Below the pieces are notes generated by a model. The model was not told where the DNA came from. It saw nothing but the letters and a program-made list of their open reading frames with translations, and ran no database searches. From contig JAOZFT010000001.1 of NCBI GenBank assembly GCA_027492035.1, positions 43,458 to 107,457 on the forward strand: a stretch of DNA of 64,000 nt, read 5' to 3'. Both the position numbers and the translations under genes were made by a program. Positions 57,621 to 64,000 of this stretch are shown piece by piece. This stretch comes from Thermoproteota archaeon. GTDB lineage: Archaea > Korarchaeota > JAOZGF01 > JAOZFZ01. Each line of letters starts with the position of its first letter. Within the stretch, counting starts at the first letter, position 1.

Positions 57621-59843
57621 TTAGTTTGAATAAAAGTTTACCGTCCAATCTAGAGGCTTGATTCCTCCTTTACTGACTAAATTGCTCCAGGATTTATCTG
57701 TTAACCTTTTATTTATAGGTTGTTTAAATTCAAAGTAATTGTAAATCGGCCCTATTGCAGCGTATAATTTGTGATTTTTGTTGCTGAAAACGACAATTAC
57801 CATATTTAATTTCCCCAAGGCTTCCTCCAAAACTTGTTTAGTGTTTAAGTCTGTGTGGACATCCACTACAATCGTTACTTTTCTTACTTTTTCAGAAGAA
57901 ACCTTAAGTATTTCTGTTAAACTATAGACACTACTCACCAATTGATTTTCTTCATTACTACTTAATTCTTCACCTTTCAATTCCTTAATTGAAGCCTTCT
58001 CCAAAAGGTTAAGAATAGACTTGAAGGAAGTAAGGCTTTGTTCTAGGTCGGGAGACAAAACATGAAACGCTTTTAAACCATTCATTGTCATTTCAACAAG
58101 CATTTCAAGCCTAAAGTAAGTTTCAGGGTAGGGTTCCACAAAAACTTTAAATTTCTCCTTTTCATGTTCAGGCACAGGTACAGCAGTAATTTTTGGGGTG
58201 TAGGATTGTTTAGCGTAGAGAATTGTATCATGCCTCGCCTCTGTCCAACCCCCTAAGAAGGTTTGTACCTTTTCGAAAAGCCATGATTCTGTTCTCATAA
58301 AGGTTGGGTACGGTTTACTTCTGGTATCCTTTAGGGTGGTTTTTAAACTATAAAGCCAAGTTAAGTAAAGGTTCTTTGTCCAGTTTTCCGGAGATAATTT
58401 AGCCATTTCATTCCTTAACTTATCGGCTTTGTCAAGGTAGCCCGTAAATTTGTTCTCGGTTTTATTTAAGGCTTTTTCAGCAACTTTTGAACCAAGTACA
58501 GAGGGGAGGTCAAGAGCCTTTGGGAAAAGCCTAGGGTTAGTGAAGGTTCCAACTTCTGGATAAACAAGTTTCTGGAAGATGTAAGAGTCAGGAGTGAACC
58601 TTTGTCCCATGAAACGCAACCCTGCTGTTTTATTAAGTATCCTTTCAAGTTCTTTTTGCTGAGGAAGCCAAGGATAAGTTTCACCATAGGTTCCAAGTAT
58701 TTTGCTTCTGTTTCTCTTTAAAAGAAGAGAAGTTAATTGTTTCAATGTTTCCTTCTGGTTAAGTTGTTCAGGTGAAGTTATGTTTAATTCTGTGAGCACA
58801 GTGAAGTAATCTTCGAAAGTTAAATCATCTGAGTAACCAACAAAAAACTTAGTTATTTCATATATTCTTTTCCATTTCCCTAACAGGTTGTCGTGTTTCA
58901 TTAAGAAACAAAGGAGAACTGCTGCCTTTGTGTGGGTTTCGTTTTTTAGAGAGAAACGCATTCTTCCAAGCCACATCATTACTTTAAAGTAAGACTTAAG
59001 TTCTTCGTTTTCTGTGTAATGTTCTCTGGGTATATATTGTGTGTAGTCTTCTTTGTAACCGAAAACAAAGCTTTTTGAAATAGATGAGTGGTTATTAATT
59101 AATTCCAATTCTTTCTCAGCTTCAGCAGAAGATAGAGGGTAGTTTGGGTTTCTTAATTTATAAGCGACTTCAATATACTGGAACAGTAAAGTGGAAGCCG
59201 GTTCAAGTTGAGATCCCTTATACTTCTTCACTTCTTCACTGGATAACTGGAGAAGTGAAAGTAATATAGTGTCTAGGTCATGCGTTAAATTGTTTATTTC
59301 AACTTTTTTCAGGGTTTCATCAAATAAGACATGGTAAGAGTGAAAAACTGAATCTGTGGTGATAAGTAAAGGTAAATTGTTTTCTAAAATGAAACTATAG
59401 GCTTTTTCTAGGGTTTCAAACCTGTTTAACCTGAGTCCCACAAAGCCATTATTTGAAAGAAACTCCTTTTGCTTATTGTTTAAAGGAAAACAATTGGTTA
59501 TTTCCCTGTATCCTGACACTTCCTCAAGGTTCAAAGGAAGTTCATATTGAGGTGCATCAACTACATAGGAAACCCCTTCCCCTTCAGCTTTGAAGTAACC
59601 GAATCCAAGTTTTTCCCTGGGAATACCTTCCTCTAGCCCTTTATTACTTTTAGGTAAAGTAGGCACAGGCATAGGGACGGGAAAAGACCGAAATTTACCT
59701 TTACGAAAAAACCCAGTCGTTAAAAAAGAAAGAAATGTTCCGAAAAGGAAACTGCTAGTTAAAGCCAAAACTATAATTGTTACCAAAGTGGTTTTTCTAA
59801 CGTAAATGTTTCGCTTAATCCATGGAATCCTTGAAGAAACCAT
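57621..59843 (-). CDS. membrane-anchored DUF3160-like exported protein
   Basis: N-terminal TM; ITTDSVFHSYH, EDYTQYIPR.HY, FMGQRFTPDS, RHDTILYAKQSY and DVHTD motifs. Confidence 0.8.
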   Translation of the reverse strand: MVSSRIPWIKRNIYVRKTTLVTIIVLALTSSFLFGTFLSFLTTGFFRKGKFRSFPVPMPVPTLPKSNKGLEEGIPREKLGFGYFKAEGEGVSYVVDAPQYELPLNLEEVSGYREITNCFPLNNKQKEFLSNNGFVGLRLNRFETLEKAYSFILENNLPLLITTDSVFHSYHVLFDETLKKVEINNLTHDLDTILLSLLQLSSEEVKKYKGSQLEPASTLLFQYIEVAYKLRNPNYPLSSAEAEKELELINNHSSISKSFVFGYKEDYTQYIPREHYTENEELKSYFKVMMWLGRMRFSLKNETHTKAAVLLCFLMKHDNLLGKWKRIYEITKFFVGYSDDLTFEDYFTVLTELNITSPEQLNQKETLKQLTSLLLKRNRSKILGTYGETYPWLPQQKELERILNKTAGLRFMGQRFTPDSYIFQKLVYPEVGTFTNPRLFPKALDLPSVLGSKVAEKALNKTENKFTGYLDKADKLRNEMAKLSPENWTKNLYLTWLYSLKTTLKDTRSKPYPTFMRTESWLFEKVQTFLGGWTEARHDTILYAKQSYTPKITAVPVPEHEKEKFKVFVEPYPETYFRLEMLVEMTMNGLKAFHVLSPDLEQSLTSFKSILNLLEKASIKELKGEELSSNEENQLVSSVYSLTEILKVSSEKVRKVTIVVDVHTDLNTKQVLEEALGKLNMVIVVFSNKNHKLYAAIGPIYNYFEFKQPINKRLTDKSWSNLVSKGGIKPLDWTVNFYSN

Positions 59844-59969
59844 TTTCTTAAAACCCCCCTCTCAACACTTTTCCAATTTCTAACAAAGAAATTAGGCTTT
59901 ATTATTTTTACGTCTAGTTAAGCATTAAAAATTTTTGAACATGAGAAAACGAAAGATTACACACTTTTT

Positions 59970-60428
59970 TCAACTTTTTAATCTTTTCATGAGGAGATAA
60001 GCTTCTGAAAGGAAGCCGAAAGCACTAAAAAAAGTTAAGGAAAGTATAATAAAGTCTTTATACTCCCAGTTGAAGGATGAATAATAGAGGTAAGATATGA
60101 AAAGCCCTATAACGAAAACACCGTAAAAAAAAAGTTTAGGTATGAGCTTACCCCCTACAAAAACAAAACTTTTTAAAACACTTATTTGAGCCTTAGATTT
60201 CGCAACATACTTACCTGAAGGATCTTTCTGAATCAATCCAAGCTCAACAAGTTTGTTGATGTGGTACTGGGCAAGACTTGGAGTAGATAAATTAAGCCCT
60301 TTCCAGACTTCACGTACACCTACAGGGTGGTTAGAAGTTAAAATATATAGATAAACATCCCAAGTTTTTCCTGAAACTAAACCTGAAGCTTCACTTTTCA
60401 ACTTTCTATAACCTTTCAACCTAACCAA
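59970..60428 (-). CDS. membrane-tethered winged-helix transcription factor
   Basis: GVREVWKGLNLSTPSLAQYHINKLVELGLI wHTH followed by two TM helices. Confidence 0.8.
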   Translation of the reverse strand: MVRLKGYRKLKSEASGLVSGKTWDVYLYILTSNHPVGVREVWKGLNLSTPSLAQYHINKLVELGLIQKDPSGKYVAKSKAQISVLKSFVFVGGKLIPKLFFYGVFVIGLFISYLYYSSFNWEYKDFIILSLTFFSAFGFLSEAYLLMKRLKS

Positions 60429-60470
60429 ATCGAAAGATTTTCTTTAAAAGTTCTGTAAAAGAATAGATTT

Positions 60471-61448
60471 TTAGGGGTATAGGTGACAAGCCACATAATG
60501 TCCCTTCTTTATTTCTCTCAATTCAGGTTCTCTTTTTTCGCAAATTTTAATTTTTTCAATGCATCTAGGGTGGAACCTACATCCCTTAGGTATATTAATG
60601 GCAGAAGGAATTTCGCCCTTAAGTTTAATTCTTTCCTTTTTAAGCTTCGGAGTAGGGACAGGAATAGCTGAAATAAGAGCTTTGGTGTAAGGGTGCAAAG
60701 GTTCTTTAAATAGAACATGAGTTGGGCCCATCTCAACTATTTTCCCTAAATAAAGCACAGCAATTTTGTTCGAAATGTATTTGGCTACTGCTAAGTCGTG
60801 GGTTATAAAGAGGTAGGAAAGCTTTAGCTCCTCTTTCAGGTTCATCATTAATTCAAGGATTGACGCCCTAAGTGAAACATCTATTGAGGACACAGGTTCA
60901 TCAGCTACAATGAATTCCGGCTTAGTTATCATGGCTCTAGCTATAGCTACTCTCTGCCTCTGTCCACCACTCAATTGATCTGGGTAAATATCATAAAATT
61001 CGTCAGCAGGGCTTAACCCTACTTTTTCAAGCATGTTTAATACTAATTCTCTTTCTTTATCACCCTTAGCTATTTCATGTATCTCTAAAGGATGCCCAAT
61101 AGCTTCTCCTACTTTCATTCGTGGATTCAAAGATGAGTAAGGGTCTTGGTAGATTATTTGCATATATCTCCTCAGTTTCCTAAGTCCTTCACCCTTAAGA
61201 TTAGTGATATCTTGTCCGTCAAAGAAAATTTTTCCAGAAGTTGGGTTAATCAGTCTCAGTATCAATTTACCGGTTGTGCTTTTACCGCTTCCTGTCTCCC
61301 CAACAAGGGAAAAAACTTCTCCTCTTTCAATCCCAAACGTTATATTGTCTACAGCTTTTACGTATTTCCTTTGCCGAGTCAGCAATTTTTCTATAAATGT
61401 TTTCTCAACTGGAAAATACTTCTTCAAGTTTTCAACTCGAACTATCAT
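60471..61448 (-). CDS. dppF: peptide ABC ATPase (second system)
   Basis: GETGSGKST, LSGGQRQ and GCRFHPRC motifs. Confidence 0.93.
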   Translation of the reverse strand: MIVRVENLKKYFPVEKTFIEKLLTRQRKYVKAVDNITFGIERGEVFSLVGETGSGKSTTGKLILRLINPTSGKIFFDGQDITNLKGEGLRKLRRYMQIIYQDPYSSLNPRMKVGEAIGHPLEIHEIAKGDKERELVLNMLEKVGLSPADEFYDIYPDQLSGGQRQRVAIARAMITKPEFIVADEPVSSIDVSLRASILELMMNLKEELKLSYLFITHDLAVAKYISNKIAVLYLGKIVEMGPTHVLFKEPLHPYTKALISAIPVPTPKLKKERIKLKGEIPSAINIPKGCRFHPRCIEKIKICEKREPELREIKKGHYVACHLYP

Positions 61449-61478
61449 TAACCTTCACTTTTAAAATTAAGGGGGGTA

Positions 61479-62438
61479 TTAAGTAAAAAGGTGGCATTTT
61501 ACTAATCTATCTTTTACCTGTATGGTGCAGGGCTCTTCTTTTCTGCATTTTTCCATAGCTTGTGGGCATCTAGGGTGAAATCTACACCCTTTAGGTGGGT
61601 TTATTAAGTCTGGAGGGTTTCCTGGGATGGACACAAGTTTTTGATCATCTAGAAGCACATTAGGTATCGCTTTTAAAAGTTCTTTTGTGTAGGGGTGTAG
61701 AGGATCTGAAGCTATTTTTTCAGCTGGGGAAAACTCAACAAGCCAACCTCCATAAAGGACAGCTACTTTATCCACAACTTCAAGTTCTAAAGCTATATCG
61801 TGAGAAATAAGGATGACACTCATACCTAGTTTCCTTTGAAGATTTCGAAAGAGTTTAAGAATTTGATCTTGCACAATCACGTCTAGAGCTGTGGTGGGTT
61901 CATCCGCGATAATTAATTCTGGGTTGAGGGAAATTGCCATTGCAATCATTACTCTCTGCCTCATTCCTCCGCTTAATTGATGCGGATAGGCTTTTATTCG
62001 GTCTTCTGAGATTCCAACTGACTGAAGGAGCCTTACAGCTTTCTTCTTAGCTTCTTCATGGCTTAGTTTTTGATGTACAGTTAAGGTTTCAATTAATTGG
62101 TCCCCTATCCTCATTAAGGGATCTAAGGAGGTCATGGGATCCTGGAAAACCATACTTATATGTTTACCTCTTACGTTCCTCATTTCTTTGTCGTTAAGGT
62201 GAGTTATTTCTTTACCGTTAAACATTATTTTTCCCCCCACTAGTTTCCCAGGTGGGGGAATGATTTTTAAAATAGACAACCCAAGTGTGCTTTTCCCTGA
62301 ACCTGACTCACCGACCAAACCTATAAATTCACTTTTACCCACATTGAAAGTGACTCCATCCACTGCTCTAACTACTCCCCTTCTTGTGAAGTAGTATGTC
62401 TTTAAGTTTTCAATTGAAAGCACATTGCTTCTGTTCAT
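61479..62438 (-). CDS. dppD: peptide ABC ATPase (second system)
   Basis: GESGSGKST, LSGGMRQ and DEPTTALD motifs. Confidence 0.93.
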   Translation of the reverse strand: MNRSNVLSIENLKTYYFTRRGVVRAVDGVTFNVGKSEFIGLVGESGSGKSTLGLSILKIIPPPGKLVGGKIMFNGKEITHLNDKEMRNVRGKHISMVFQDPMTSLDPLMRIGDQLIETLTVHQKLSHEEAKKKAVRLLQSVGISEDRIKAYPHQLSGGMRQRVMIAMAISLNPELIIADEPTTALDVIVQDQILKLFRNLQRKLGMSVILISHDIALELEVVDKVAVLYGGWLVEFSPAEKIASDPLHPYTKELLKAIPNVLLDDQKLVSIPGNPPDLINPPKGCRFHPRCPQAMEKCRKEEPCTIQVKDRLVKCHLFT

Positions 62439-62440
62439 TC

Positions 62441-63313
62441 CTACCTCTCCATTTCACTTGGGTTCAGAACAGCATTCAACCCGTCCCCAAGTAAGCTGAA
62501 CCCTAAAGAGAGTATAATTATCATTAAACCCGGAAATGTAACTAACCACCAGTAACCTGAAAGAAAGTATCTTTGGCCATTTTTTAAGTCAAAACCCCAG
62601 TCAGGAGTTGGGGCAGGGACGCTTAAGCCTAAAAAGGAGAGACCTGCTTCAGTTAAAACAGCATCTGCTACGTTTAAGGAGAAAACAACAACTATTATTG
62701 GGAGGACATTAGGTAAAAGATACTTGCGAAGTATTGTTCTACCTTTAGCTCCTAAAGCTTTAGCCGCTTCAATAAAGGTTCTTTCTTTAAGTGAAAGAGT
62801 TTCCCCCCTCACCATCCTGAAATATGTTGGAATGTAAACTACCGCTATCGAAATTGCGGTGTTGTACACCCCTGGCCCAAGCATTGCAGCAATTGCAATA
62901 GCTAAAATTAAACCTGGGAAGGAGTAAATGCTATCCATTATAAGGGAAAGAATTCTATCTATAACTCCCCCTGTGTAACCAGAAGCTAAACCTAAAGGTA
63001 TACCTACACTCATGGATAGTATAGTGGAGAAAATAACTACGAGAAGCATGGTTCTGGAGCCATAAATTATCCTACTTAACAAATCCCTTCCTAATGAATC
63101 TGTACCAAGCAAGTATTTTTTGGAGGGAGGCAAAGCAGGCCTACCAACTATTTTTATTGGGTCATAAGGAGCAAGATACTCTGCAAACGCAGCCATTACA
63201 ACCACAGCTAGAACTATAATTAAACCAATACTTATTATTACCTTCTCCAGTTTCCCCCCTCTCATAAGCAGTTTAATTTTAGGACTTATGAATTTTTCAA
63301 CCAAGGACACCAT
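62441..63313 (-). CDS. dppC: peptide ABC permease (second system)
   Basis: LGTDSLGRD, FIEAAKALGA and EAGLSFLGL motifs. Confidence 0.93.
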   Translation of the reverse strand: MVSLVEKFISPKIKLLMRGGKLEKVIISIGLIIVLAVVVMAAFAEYLAPYDPIKIVGRPALPPSKKYLLGTDSLGRDLLSRIIYGSRTMLLVVIFSTILSMSVGIPLGLASGYTGGVIDRILSLIMDSIYSFPGLILAIAIAAMLGPGVYNTAISIAVVYIPTYFRMVRGETLSLKERTFIEAAKALGAKGRTILRKYLLPNVLPIIVVVFSLNVADAVLTEAGLSFLGLSVPAPTPDWGFDLKNGQRYFLSGYWWLVTFPGLMIIILSLGFSLLGDGLNAVLNPSEMER

Positions 63314-63325
63314 ACATTTCCCTCC

Positions 63326-64000
63326 TTAGTACCTTATCCTCGGGTCAATATATGCATAAACGAGATCCACTATTAGACTAACCACCACAACAAAGATTGC
63401 ATAGAAAACAATGGTTCCTTGGACGGTGGTGAAGTCCCTGTAGGTTATCCTATCCATTAGAAAGGTACCCATTCCAGGCCAAGAGAAAGTGGTTTCTGTA
63501 AGAACAGCTCCAGCCAGCAAAATTGCAAACTGTAAACCCATCATTGTCAATATTGGAATAAAAGCGTTTTTCAGAGCATGCCTAAAAAAGATAAGCCTTG
63601 ACGGTATCCCTCTGGATTTAGCGGCCCTAATGAAATCTTTAGATAACACTTCAATAAGGCTAGATCTGACCAGTCTAGTATATGCACCTGAAAGAACGAA
63701 ACCCAAAGTAAGTGAAGGCAGGAAAAGGTATTTAAGAGCTGAGATGAGGCTTTTAAAGTTTAAAGTAAGTATGCTGTCCAGCACATATAACCCCGTGATT
63801 TTTTCAGGTTCAAGTAAAGGTTCGATTCTGCCCCCCACAGGAAGCCATTTAAGCCAAACACCGAAAATTAACTGGAGCATCATTCCAAGCCAAGGAATAA
63901 AGAGGGTATAAGCAACTACACTTAAAAGCCTCATCCCTACATCTAACCCTGTCCCTTTCTTAAGTGCCGCTATTGAACCTGTAACTAAACCAAACAGTAC
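63326..64000 (-). CDS. dppB: peptide ABC permease (second system), 5'-truncated by the window edge
   Basis: Frame open to 64000 (VLFGLVTGSIAAL...); AAKSRG...HALKNA and IDPRIRY motifs. Confidence 0.92.
   Translation of the reverse strand, partial: VLFGLVTGSIAALKKGTGLDVGMRLLSVVAYTLFIPWLGMMLQLIFGVWLKWLPVGGRIEPLLEPEKITGLYVLDSILTLNFKSLISALKYLFLPSLTLGFVLSGAYTRLVRSSLIEVLSKDFIRAAKSRGIPSRLIFFRHALKNAFIPILTMMGLQFAILLAGAVLTETTFSWPGMGTFLMDRITYRDFTTVQGTIVFYAIFVVVVSLIVDLVYAYIDPRIRY

Noticed and set aside
3790-63911. Many short ORFs antisense to or nested in clear genes (e.g. 3790, 6852, 14682, 16088, 21518, 31201, 32954, 37033, 41261, 44407, 51530, 63489)
   Set aside because: They overlap well-supported genes and have Ser/Phe/Pro/Thr-rich shadow composition with no motifs
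1-64000. tRNA, rRNA or CRISPR array
   Set aside because: No GC-rich structural RNA island, T-loop cloverleaf or regularly spaced repeats seen by eye; tRNAscan-SE and a CRISPR finder would confirm

Overview
AT-rich, Lys/Glu-rich archaeal chromosome segment: GGTGA/GGAGG ribosome-binding sites, TATA boxes, Cdc6/Orc1, a C/D-box sRNA and Clp1. A thermophilic anaerobe, plausibly TACK/Bathyarchaeia-like, is inference only. The content is mostly housekeeping and cofactor genes: partial ileS, a 2-oxoacid:ferredoxin oxidoreductase operon, crotonase, endonuclease V, a birA-carboxyltransferase-accC-accB operon followed by cdc6, bacterial-type adk, cooT-larC-larB (nickel-pincer cofactor), a Ni ECF transporter with a candidate NikR operator, LipS1/LipS2-type radical SAMs, moeA and two peptide ABC operons. 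I saw no rRNA, tRNA or CRISPR array. The main signals the ORF track misses or does not explain are: (1) two different GxGD intramembrane proteases around adk, one presenilin-like and one closely resembling eukaryotic signal peptide peptidase; (2) an out-of-frame C-terminal double zinc ribbon on a membrane-anchored metalloprotease; (3) a complete dual-guide C/D-box sRNA; (4) an internally deleted, decayed TnpB element; (5) a perfect 37-bp inverted identity between two ABC ATPase paralogs 11 kb apart; (6) a long coiled coil fused to a Yip1-like membrane domain; (7) a small PC4-like protein and a 44-aa Cys4 protein. All family calls come from motif recognition by eye; no database searches were run.
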